Of a stretch of DNA of 64,000 nucleotides, positions 1-8,457 are shown in pieces (the first letter of the stretch is position 1; the number at the start of each line of letters is the position of its first letter). The notes beneath the pieces were generated by a model. The model saw only the letters and a program-made list of their open reading frames with translations, was not told the DNA's origin and made no database searches. The DNA is from a virus (lineage: Duplodnaviria > Caudoviricetes), in IMG/VR virus record IMGVR_UViG_3300028591_000073, positions 192,001 through 256,000 of that record. One strand, 5' to 3'. Made by a program: the position numbers and the translations under genes.

Positions 1-15
1 GGATATGTATAAGGT

Positions 16-270
16 ATGAAGTATGTGTTATTTGTTGTTGTGTATGTGGTGATAGACATCCTGACATGTTATGGAATTAATTCGTGGATTTCGAAATGGT
101 TGCTGGAACGAGCACATGACAAATGGGGTGCATCTTATTATCATAATATGACAAATAAACAAAAGAATTGGTTTGAAACAAGACAAACAATACATGAATG
201 CACATGGGATATGATTGCAAGTGTCATATTGGTTGTGATACTTCTTAATGTATTCGAATTCGGAAATTAA
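16..270 (+). CDS. small membrane protein (two hydrophobic helices)
   Basis: 84-aa ORF with hydrophobic N- and C-terminal segments; same layout as the next ORF. Confidence 0.6.
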   Translation: MKYVLFVVVYVVIDILTCYGINSWISKWLLERAHDKWGASYYHNMTNKQKNWFETRQTIHECTWDMIASVILVVILLNVFEFGN

Positions 271-286
271 GAAAGGAGGATTATTT

Positions 287-544
287 ATGGATTATTTGAT
301 CAGTCTAGGTATCATCGGTTGGTTTATTTCGTTTATTGTCATGACAATGTTATCATCATTTTTAACAGACATGATTATGTTATTGATTCATATGCTATTC
401 TTGAGAAATGTGGATTTCAATACATTATCAGACAAGAAACGAAAACTTTATGATGGATTTCATGATGTTCTAAGAACATCATTATGGATTGCAGCAATGG
501 CTTGGACAGTGATTATGATTTTCAGTAGCTGCTCTCATCGGTAA
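287..544 (+). CDS. small membrane protein
   Basis: AGGAGG RBS before ATG 287; hydrophobic helices flanking a basic loop. Confidence 0.65.
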   Translation: MDYLISLGIIGWFISFIVMTMLSSFLTDMIMLLIHMLFLRNVDFNTLSDKKRKLYDGFHDVLRTSLWIAAMAWTVIMIFSSCSHR

Positions 545-569
545 CATACAAAATTTGAAAGTGAGGTAG

Positions 570-1526
570 GTGAGTGAGATGGATCATGATGCATTAACAA
601 AATTCAAGGAAGAATTATTGAATACTGGATTATTCAAGCAAACCCCGAGTGATCCAAATCAATATCGGTGTAAAACTTGTCCATTTTGTGGAGATGAAAA
701 ATCTCACATGTATGTGAGAATCACATTAAGTGATGATACACCGGTATTGTATCATTGTTTCAAATGTAATGAAAGTGGAATCATCAACAAAGAATGGTTG
801 GATTATTTTGGATTGGATATTAAAATACCAAAACAAACATATCGTAAGAAATTGGACATTGCTAATGTATCCACAATTGTGAATACCGTCTCTTGTAATG
901 AGAATGATAACTTTGAAATGGTTTATCAATACATCTATGATAGAATTGGAGAACGAGTTACCTTGGAACAATTGCAGATGTTTCAATATATGGGCAATCC
1001 ATTTCAATATGTCAAAGAGTATTTAGAACCTGAGATTCAGAGTGATTATTATTTGAAACAAAGATGCTGGTTTAAATTAACAAACGGGAATATTGTTGGA
1101 AGAGCCTATGATAAGAACGACAAGATGCGATGGTTTCGATATCAAACAAAGAATTGTGTTGGTAGAGGTTTGTATACGATGAAAGAACCAATCGACTTGT
1201 ATAAAACGATTAATGTATGTATCGCCGAAGGTATCATGGATGTGATTGGATTGTATTATCATTACCCGACATCCAATGCATTTCACATTGCTGTATTGGG
1301 AAAAGATTATCAAGTGGGTATCCAGCATATGTTGAACATGGGTGTGTTTGGTGACTCTGTATGTATCAAGATATTCAAAGATGCAGATGTGGATTTAAAC
1401 CGTATCCGTATCGATAAGAACATCCGAAGATTATTCAAGAAGATAGAAATCTACCAGAACACTTTAGACTCTGATTATGGTGTTAAAGAAGACAAAACCG
1501 AAATTGTTAGAGTAACAAAATTATGA
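570..1526 (+). CDS. DNA primase (zinc finger + TOPRIM), jumbo-phage type
   Basis: CPFCGD...HCFKC zinc-binding motif; TOPRIM-like IAEGIMDVIG and DAD acidic motifs. Confidence 0.85.
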   Translation: MSEMDHDALTKFKEELLNTGLFKQTPSDPNQYRCKTCPFCGDEKSHMYVRITLSDDTPVLYHCFKCNESGIINKEWLDYFGLDIKIPKQTYRKKLDIANVSTIVNTVSCNENDNFEMVYQYIYDRIGERVTLEQLQMFQYMGNPFQYVKEYLEPEIQSDYYLKQRCWFKLTNGNIVGRAYDKNDKMRWFRYQTKNCVGRGLYTMKEPIDLYKTINVCIAEGIMDVIGLYYHYPTSNAFHIAVLGKDYQVGIQHMLNMGVFGDSVCIKIFKDADVDLNRIRIDKNIRRLFKKIEIYQNTLDSDYGVKEDKTEIVRVTKL

Positions 1527-1532
1527 GTGATA

Positions 1533-1560
1533 ACGGGGGCATGTGCCCCCGTATATTTTT
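1533..1560. terminator. intrinsic terminator between convergent genes
   Basis: ACGGGGGC-ATGT-GCCCCCGT hairpin followed by a T-rich run. Confidence 0.75.
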
Positions 1561-1566
1561 TTATCA

Positions 1567-1836
1567 TTAACCAATCTCAATTGCTTTATTTTCAAATTTT
1601 TTATATGCATCAAAATAGATGCAATTGTTATCCTTATCATATGTGCATTCATAATACATACCATCTGGCAATGTCGTAGACAATAGTGCTTTCATATTAC
1701 CGAGAATAAAACAATGCCAAACGATATACACTGAGAAATTGACATCTGGATCACTTTTATCCAAATGATCCAACACATATTTTTTCACAATAGATTCTGC
1801 TTTACTTAAGAACTCTGCATCATTCATTTGTATCAT
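1567..1836 (-). CDS. conserved small phage protein (DUF6275-like)
   Basis: VYIVW..ILGNMKALLSTTLPDGMYYECTYD...YFDAYKKFEN pattern typical of this family. Confidence 0.7.
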   Translation of the reverse strand: MIQMNDAEFLSKAESIVKKYVLDHLDKSDPDVNFSVYIVWHCFILGNMKALLSTTLPDGMYYECTYDKDNNCIYFDAYKKFENKAIEIG

Positions 1837-2137
1837 CTCCCGGACAGATTCCGTGTTTTACACGATCTGCAAGTTCAGATCTCTTCGCATTGTTCCAACG
1901 ATCCACACTTGAAGTTAGGTAACCGGTTATGCGCGCTATTTTAATAAATGGAACGTTTGTCTCATCTTTGTTCTTGTATTCATATTTCATAGAAACATCT
2001 TCAGTACTATCCTCATTCTTTTCAATTGTAAGTTCGATATCAGTAAATTCTACATTTGGAAATTTCTCTTTTAAATAATCCACGTAGATCTTCTTTTCTT
2101 CAGGAGACATCGCTCCACCTTTCACTGTAATATTCAT
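1820..2137 (-). CDS. stand-alone NrdD C-terminal (glycyl-radical) domain protein
   Basis: RITGYL...RWNNAKRSELADRVKH matches the extreme C-terminus of class III ribonucleotide reductase; only 105 aa. Confidence 0.75.
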   Translation of the reverse strand: MNITVKGGAMSPEEKKIYVDYLKEKFPNVEFTDIELTIEKNEDSTEDVSMKYEYKNKDETNVPFIKIARITGYLTSSVDRWNNAKRSELADRVKHGICPGDDTNE

Positions 2138-2150
2138 ATTAAAACCTCAT

Positions 2151-2176
2151 TTCATATATATATCATTAATATGATA
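2151..2176 (+). promoter_or_regulatory. putative phage early promoter motif, copy 1
   Basis: TTCATATATATATCATTAATATGATA; near-identical motif precedes 8 accessory islands. Confidence 0.7.
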
Positions 2177-2286
2177 GACATCACGATGGTCATGTCTATC
2201 AACCAACTGAGATCCACACCTCGGTTGGTTAAACAACCGTTTTGATCATCAACAGTCAAAAATATTTTCTTAGGAGGTTTTTAATT

Positions 2287-3174
2287 ATGCTGAAAAATGT
2301 CAGATTCGCTGAAGTTAAACTTAAGGACATTGAAAGTGGTGTTCCATTCAAAGTATACCATTGTCGTGTCGGGAAAGATTATGATATCTTTACAGAAAAG
2401 ATGGGGGTGTTTGAAGGGGTACCAATGAAGATTCAACTGACCATCAATTACACCAAGACATCTTATCATTCAGATGAAGAAGCTAAGATGGAGACGCATT
2501 TTCTCATTCGAGATTTTTATGCCGTATTCAGTATCGGGGAAGAGGAAATAGAAATGAGATGGGATATGGATGATTTCTTATCAGTCCAAGCTCGAAATAA
2601 AATACTCATGAACAGTATATATGGGATATCTGGAATACAGAGTGTGTTATCTGCGAAACATTTGTTGCCACCACAAAGAAGAAATGGTCCGTTGACATTT
2701 GATGGAGAACTTACAATGAACAATATCATGTATTCTTTTTGGAAAATTGCAACTCTCATGCATTTATCACTGATTGGAGACTGCTCTTGGCTTTACAGCA
2801 TTTCAAACCCTGCAGGAATCTTCGCTGCTATTCATTCAGCATTTACAATCTTTCCGATTGCAAAGAAGTGTTATATGAGTATTGTTAAATCTAATGAGAG
2901 AATTGCAATAAATCAATTAACACAAGTCATTGAATATTGTCAAACGAATGATTCATTTAATAACAGACCCATTGAAGCAGTCGTTGCACCAATGGTGAGT
3001 GCTATCCATGAATGTGGTAAACCAGAATTATTCCGAAACATTCCCATGGAAGTTCGAACAATACTGGTACCGCATTTCAATAAAGGAAACCAGCATGAGA
3101 TTGTTTCCGAACTCAATCATTATACAGATGGACGGTATCATGATTTAAATGACATGTCCATGTGGGAACTTTAA
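2287..3174 (+). CDS. paralogous family protein 1 (conserved C-terminal module ending WEL)
   Basis: RBS TAGGAGG; C-terminus ELFRNIPMEVRT...HEIVSELNHY...MWEL shared with neighbours. Confidence 0.8.
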   Translation: MLKNVRFAEVKLKDIESGVPFKVYHCRVGKDYDIFTEKMGVFEGVPMKIQLTINYTKTSYHSDEEAKMETHFLIRDFYAVFSIGEEEIEMRWDMDDFLSVQARNKILMNSIYGISGIQSVLSAKHLLPPQRRNGPLTFDGELTMNNIMYSFWKIATLMHLSLIGDCSWLYSISNPAGIFAAIHSAFTIFPIAKKCYMSIVKSNERIAINQLTQVIEYCQTNDSFNNRPIEAVVAPMVSAIHECGKPELFRNIPMEVRTILVPHFNKGNQHEIVSELNHYTDGRYHDLNDMSMWEL

Positions 3175-3191
3175 TCAAGGAGGAAATTGTT

Positions 3192-4058
3192 ATGAAAATT
3201 ATCAGTGATATGAAAGTGAAAGACTTTCCGTCAGGAGTGTCTTTTAAGGCATACTATCAAGAACCAAGACTGACACATCAGGGTGGTTTGTTATTCGATG
3301 AACCATATACCGGCTCATTGGAACGTAATTCGGTTCCGAAACTGGATGCATCATATGGAACTTGGTTTCCAGTAAGGACAAAAGAGACCTATCATTATCG
3401 TGCGGATGATGTGATGGAATGTGACATCACCATCACGTACCATGAAATTGATGATGACTTGGAAAACCAGCATAAATTGGATGATGATGCAGAAATAGTG
3501 ATTGATAAAATCGATGTCTCGATGATGAGACATGGTATAAAAATCACAAATCATTATTATGGGACGCATGATGATAATGAAGTGTTTAGTCGCCATAGTA
3601 GGATAATCGATTGGTTCTCTTCGAAGGTTAAACTTCAATATTTTCCTTTGATCAGTGTAATTGGTAAATGTTATCATATACTGTGTGGTGAGTTCACAGA
3701 ACTTGTATACACTGAACCAGCATTGAATCAATTGTGTGACTGCGAAATGATTATTAGAGGTATTGCATCATCGGAATCAACACCTTGGTTGGCAGAGACA
3801 CTTCTCAGTCGTTATTGTGAACTAACTGAGAAAAGAAACGATATATCACAAGTGGCATTCTCCCAGACGACATTGTTCATGCTTATATATGAACTCGTGA
3901 ATCAAAACCGGGGAGAGGTATTACGTATAATACCATTGACTCTGAGAACACATCTGATTGCAAGGTTTAATGAAGCTGGGAAACATGCAATTGTCGCAGC
4001 GTTAAACCATTACCACAAAGGGGATTACAGAAATCCCGGAAAGGATTTGGTATTATGA
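3192..4058 (+). CDS. paralogous family protein 2
   Basis: RBS AAGGAGG; C-terminus LRIIPLTLRT...AGKHAIVAALNHYHKGDY. Confidence 0.8.
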   Translation: MKIISDMKVKDFPSGVSFKAYYQEPRLTHQGGLLFDEPYTGSLERNSVPKLDASYGTWFPVRTKETYHYRADDVMECDITITYHEIDDDLENQHKLDDDAEIVIDKIDVSMMRHGIKITNHYYGTHDDNEVFSRHSRIIDWFSSKVKLQYFPLISVIGKCYHILCGEFTELVYTEPALNQLCDCEMIIRGIASSESTPWLAETLLSRYCELTEKRNDISQVAFSQTTLFMLIYELVNQNRGEVLRIIPLTLRTHLIARFNEAGKHAIVAALNHYHKGDYRNPGKDLVL

Positions 4059-4843
4059 AAATAGAAATGAGTATAAATGGTGGTGCTTTCGTGGAATTAA
4101 CATTGGATGATTTCCTGAATGCAAAACTAGAAACAGGCACCCCAGAGATTAGATTTGTTAGAAACGATACACATGTTGGATGTCATAAATATCCAAGTGT
4201 TGCAGTGACCGCAATCATCGATTGTATACCGAGACAACGTCCTATATTCAGTATTTACCATCATCTTCTTGATTACGATGCCGATTACTCAGTATATCAA
4301 CTCACAAGATTTGATTTATCAATCCATCATATCAATAATCCAAAATATGATATAGAGGTTCAGATGGAAAGACAGGCTTTAGCTGATATTGAGATTTTCA
4401 ATGATACCAATTTATTGGATACAATGATTTATCCAATCTTAGATATAGTAAATCAAATCATTAATTTCAATTGGATGGTACTTGAAAACTATCGGCTTGG
4501 TTTCTCTGATATGTTCAACATTTTCAAAGCAATTCTGATTGGAATCGCAAAGAATCCAAATCTAGCCAGTCAGATTGAGAATATGTTGATTGCATTGTCA
4601 TTGGAACCAAAGGAGAAATATTTACAAGAGAAATATGTGCGGTTATGCATTGCCATTTGTGAAACAATTCATACATCGACACAAGAGTATGAGATTTACA
4701 AATGCATCTCAACTTCCATGAGAGCAAAACTCATTGAGCATTTCCTCAATGAAAATAAACCGGATATCGTGGCACAATTGATACACTTCTCTAATCCGGT
4801 TAAAATTGAAGACATTCCCAATGATGACAGATGGAGTTTATAA
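4055..4843 (+). CDS. paralogous family protein 3 (divergent)
   Basis: ATGA overlap with previous gene; C-terminus MRAKLIEHF...IVAQLIHF...RWSL. Confidence 0.75.
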   Translation: MKIEMSINGGAFVELTLDDFLNAKLETGTPEIRFVRNDTHVGCHKYPSVAVTAIIDCIPRQRPIFSIYHHLLDYDADYSVYQLTRFDLSIHHINNPKYDIEVQMERQALADIEIFNDTNLLDTMIYPILDIVNQIINFNWMVLENYRLGFSDMFNIFKAILIGIAKNPNLASQIENMLIALSLEPKEKYLQEKYVRLCIAICETIHTSTQEYEIYKCISTSMRAKLIEHFLNENKPDIVAQLIHFSNPVKIEDIPNDDRWSL

Positions 4844-4868
4844 TTAATTAATTATAGGAGGATTCATT

Positions 4869-5888
4869 ATGGAAAAAATAGAAGATTATTTAGTAGAAAC
4901 GACGATTGGTGACATGAAGGATGGAAGACTGATTCGCATGTATTATCAAGGGAAAGGATATGCGGATGACAAAGAATGGTCTTTAATGACACAACCAGTA
5001 TTTTCCAGACCGATTGATGGAGAGGTAGAAGCACCGGTTGTCAACAACAGCACTTATGGTGCTTATGTGTTTTCACCTACTCCGGTGGTACATCCAACGG
5101 TACCAATTCGTTTTGATAAAAAGGATGCAATAGGATATGACATCTATATCAACATCGATAACTGTGATTTGGATTCTGACAGATTTAATATCAACAAAAT
5201 TGGCTTCGGTATCCACAGTGATGGTATCACATTAAGTGGTTCATTGCATCCTATCGAAGGTCCTGTAGTGTCTGATAATCCTATAGAAAATATGCGTAAT
5301 TTGTGGATATATGGTATTAGTGACCCGCTCACTGATGATTTGTATGGATTATATGGTCATAACTGTCATGTTCGGAGGATACCAATCGTGTTCAAACTGA
5401 TTGAATCAGCATGGAATTTCCTTAAAGGTGATAAACCAATCTGGAAATTCGACAAATCTTTCATGAGCAACGATACAGATGAGCAAGCTTGGAAAATGGT
5501 AGTCACAATGATTTTGAATTCGGAATATACAATGCTTCATCAATCTTTGATGAATGATTATATTGCCGAAGCAGAAAATTACTTTCATAGGATGGAAGAA
5601 AATGAGAAAGATATTAAATCATTGGCCGGTGGCAATACCATTGCCATACCCATGCATAATTACCCGTATTCGTATTTTCAGGATGCATTTGTATTCATGT
5701 CAGATTTCTTTGATATCTTGACCGAATGTAACAAGTTGGAATTATTACGCCAGATTCCATTGGAAACGCGGTCAAAGATGATTCAATTATTTAACAAAGC
5801 TGGAAAACATGAATTAGTGGCTTTATTAAACCACTACCACAAAGGTGACTATAGGTCACTTGATACAATGGAGGGGTGGGAGTTATAA
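4869..5888 (+). CDS. paralogous family protein 4
   Basis: RBS AGGAGG; near-identical N- and C-termini to 6001..6930. Confidence 0.85.
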   Translation: MEKIEDYLVETTIGDMKDGRLIRMYYQGKGYADDKEWSLMTQPVFSRPIDGEVEAPVVNNSTYGAYVFSPTPVVHPTVPIRFDKKDAIGYDIYINIDNCDLDSDRFNINKIGFGIHSDGITLSGSLHPIEGPVVSDNPIENMRNLWIYGISDPLTDDLYGLYGHNCHVRRIPIVFKLIESAWNFLKGDKPIWKFDKSFMSNDTDEQAWKMVVTMILNSEYTMLHQSLMNDYIAEAENYFHRMEENEKDIKSLAGGNTIAIPMHNYPYSYFQDAFVFMSDFFDILTECNKLELLRQIPLETRSKMIQLFNKAGKHELVALLNHYHKGDYRSLDTMEGWEL

Positions 5889-6000
5889 AAGTAGAGCACA
5901 ATGGCCGGGCTAAGCCCGGCCTACATACTCTGTCGTATCTATCAATAAATAATAACAGATAGAGTTTATAATTAATTAATTTATTATAGGAGGATTCATT

Positions 6001-6930
6001 ATGGAAAAAATAGAAGATTATTTAGTAGAAACTACAATTAGTGACATAAAGGATGGGTCACCAGTACGTGTTTATTATCAAGGAAATGGAAATGTAGATG
6101 ACAAAAAAGCGTCTTTAATAACAAACCCAATATTTTCCGAACCAATTGATGGAGAAGTAGAAGCTCTGTGTAACTTCCCCGACAATTACGTCTATTGTGT
6201 TTTTCCATCTCGTTTAGAACATCCAAAGGCGCCGATTCGTTTTGATAAAAAGGATGCATTAGGATGTGACATCTATATCAACATCGATAACTGTGATTTG
6301 GATTCTGACAGCTTTAATATCAACGAATTCAGATTCATCATCTATAGTGATGATATCACATTAAGTTGTTCATTATATCCCGCCACAGTTCCTAAATTCA
6401 TTAATGATTTGGATTGGAAATTATATGGCCCTAACCATCGTGTTCGAAATATACCAATCGTATTAGATTTAATTAAATCAGTATGGAATTTCCTTAAAGG
6501 TGATAAACCAATCTGGGAAGTGGAAGACAAATATTCTATCACCACCGAGACAAATATACAAGTTTGGAATACGGTGATTAAAATGATTCTAAATTCAGAA
6601 TACGCCATCCTTCATCAAAGATTGATGGGTGATTATATTACTGAAGTAGAACATTTGGTTGATAATATGGAAGACTATACTAGAGACTGTATCAATTCCA
6701 TGTTCAAACGTAAACCGTTGGATTATGATTTCAATTATACAGTTACCCTCATTGATATCTTGAAAGAATGTGATAAGTTGGAATTATTACGTCAGATTCC
6801 ATTGGATACACGTTCAAAGATGATTCAATTGTTTAATAAAACTGGAAAACATGAAGTGGTAGCTTTATTAAATCATTACCACAAAGGAGACTATAAGTCT
6901 CTTGATACAATGGAAGGTTGGGAGTTATAA
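6001..6930 (+). CDS. paralogous family protein 5 (recent tandem duplicate of protein 4)
   Basis: Same MEKIEDYLVETTI start and SLDTMEGWEL end; duplicated 5' UTR and 3' hairpin. Confidence 0.85.
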   Translation: MEKIEDYLVETTISDIKDGSPVRVYYQGNGNVDDKKASLITNPIFSEPIDGEVEALCNFPDNYVYCVFPSRLEHPKAPIRFDKKDALGCDIYINIDNCDLDSDSFNINEFRFIIYSDDITLSCSLYPATVPKFINDLDWKLYGPNHRVRNIPIVLDLIKSVWNFLKGDKPIWEVEDKYSITTETNIQVWNTVIKMILNSEYAILHQRLMGDYITEVEHLVDNMEDYTRDCINSMFKRKPLDYDFNYTVTLIDILKECDKLELLRQIPLDTRSKMIQLFNKTGKHEVVALLNHYHKGDYKSLDTMEGWEL

Positions 6931-7179
6931 AGCTTATAAAGTTAGAGTACAACGGCCGGGCTTAGCCCGGCCTACATACTCTGTCGTATCTATCAATAAA
7001 TAATGAAAGGATGTCTTTTTTATATCACCGATGAGGAAAGCGAGGAATAACTCATCGGTGATACTATTTAATGGAGGTCGTACCTATGCCAAGTACGCAA
7101 GTAACAATGCAGTTGGTGAATACATTGTACTCTACCTATATGTTATCCAACACATACAATTATTTCTTTATTCTACACA

Positions 7180-7370
7180 AAGGCTTTTCCATCGCGACTT
7201 TTGTAACTGTTTTCTTTTGTGTACAATATGACTGATACTAATACTACTATATCTATTACTGTAAAATCCCTATTGTATACAATGTATATTATAATATTAT
7301 ATGGCTTCGCCTTATCATTCCGTCAATATGTAGTAACAGTTTTTATTATAAAATATGATAAAAATATTCT
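7180..7370 (+). repeat. non-coding inverted repeat, copy A (partner ~21783-21978)
   Basis: 7180-7216 is the exact reverse complement of 21942-21978 (37 nt); 7271-7293 is the exact reverse complement of 21862-21884 (23 nt). Confidence 0.85.
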
Positions 7371-7383
7371 ATTATTTCAATAT

Positions 7384-7409
7384 TTGAAATATATATAATT
7401 AATATGATA
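7384..7409 (+). promoter_or_regulatory. putative early promoter motif, copy 2
   Basis: TTGAAATATATATAATTAATATGATA with upstream TTCTATTATT. Confidence 0.7.
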
Positions 7410-7660
7410 AAGAAGATAATAATTTATCTACTATATCGAGATGACATAACATCCCAAACTTGGGACTAGCTATATGCTAGTGACCTAACGGGATTCCTGT
7501 GCGTACAGGCCGTCGAAAGATATGGGGATAGATTGTATCTATCATTATCCAGTTATACTCAAGCTCGCCATAGGCAGCTAGTCACTGTTGATCGAGAGGC
7601 GTGAAATACCTCATTGATCAGGCTTGATATAATTGAAATAACTCTAAGGAGGATTTTACT

Positions 7661-8326
7661 ATGGCAAGAAATATTTTTGGCGGAAACCTGATTCTGGATT
7701 CTATCCAGAACGGTCTGTGTGGCGGTTACAACAATACCACTGTGAAGGAACAGGAGGTTGCTCCTATCTCCATTAAAACAGTGCCGACAACCCCCACAAC
7801 TGCTGCACCTGTTCCGGTACAGACTCAGACCCCCGTACCCACACCGCAGGTTCCCCAGGCACAGAGCCATGTACAGGTACAGCCGTCCGCAGAGGCTGCT
7901 ATGTATCTCGGTGCTCACGCATATGTGCAGGCACTGAGAGCTCAGCAGCAGGCACAGGCGAACGCTGCAAACATCGCAGCAAATCAGCACCTTGCTGACG
8001 CCCGCCACAAAGGCCAGGTGGCCTTTAACAAGATGGTGGGTGAAGCCATCGGAGAATGTGCCGAAGGCATTCATCAGAATGCTGAGGCCATTCGTGGCCT
8101 TCAGCACAGAGCAGCCAATGCTGAAGCTCGCGCCAAAGCCCAGCAGGCTGAGCTCGATGCAGCAAAGGCCGAGATGCAGAAGCTGAAAGCTGAACAGGCT
8201 GCCCAAAAGGCTGAGATTGAAAAGCTCAAGGCCCACAACAAAATCCAGGATAAGCGCCTGGATAATGTTGAGGCCAATATGAGAAAGGCCAACGCTTTCA
8301 TGCAGAAATTCGGAAAGAAGAAATGA
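7661..8326 (+). CDS. P/T/Q-rich linker + Ala/Gln/Lys coiled-coil protein
   Basis: RBS AAGGAGG; low-complexity N half, heptad-like C half; visibly more GC-rich than flanks. Confidence 0.8.
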   Translation: MARNIFGGNLILDSIQNGLCGGYNNTTVKEQEVAPISIKTVPTTPTTAAPVPVQTQTPVPTPQVPQAQSHVQVQPSAEAAMYLGAHAYVQALRAQQQAQANAANIAANQHLADARHKGQVAFNKMVGEAIGECAEGIHQNAEAIRGLQHRAANAEARAKAQQAELDAAKAEMQKLKAEQAAQKAEIEKLKAHNKIQDKRLDNVEANMRKANAFMQKFGKKK

Positions 8327-8386
8327 TTTCCATATCTACATGATAATCTGCCTGCCTGAATCCTGCATCTGCCGTCACCACAACAA

Positions 8387-8408
8387 CTCCCCCGCATATG
8401 CGGGGGAG
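8387..8408. terminator. perfect palindrome hairpin (CATATG-centred)
   Basis: CTCCCCCGCATATGCGGGGGAG between convergent genes. Confidence 0.6.
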
Positions 8409-8457
8409 ACACGGTTGCGGGTTCATGCTAACAGCAAAAATGTTTTTTATTGTTTTT

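Larger units (their letters stand above)
4826..7004 (+). repeat. tandem duplication, units ~4826-5954 and ~5955-7004
   Basis: Both units start with acagatRgagtttataattaatt...taggaggattcattATGGAAAAAATAGAAG and end with a GGCCGGGC/GCCCGGCC hairpin plus tacatactctgtcgtatctatcaataaataat. Confidence 0.85.

Noticed and set aside
4869-6930. Diversity-generating retroelement template/variable repeat pair
   Set aside because: Differences are not adenine-specific and include indels, both copies are full genes, and no reverse transcriptase is in the window.
7031-7231. 66-aa ORF
   Set aside because: No convincing RBS, atypical composition, and it overlaps the non-coding inverted repeat.
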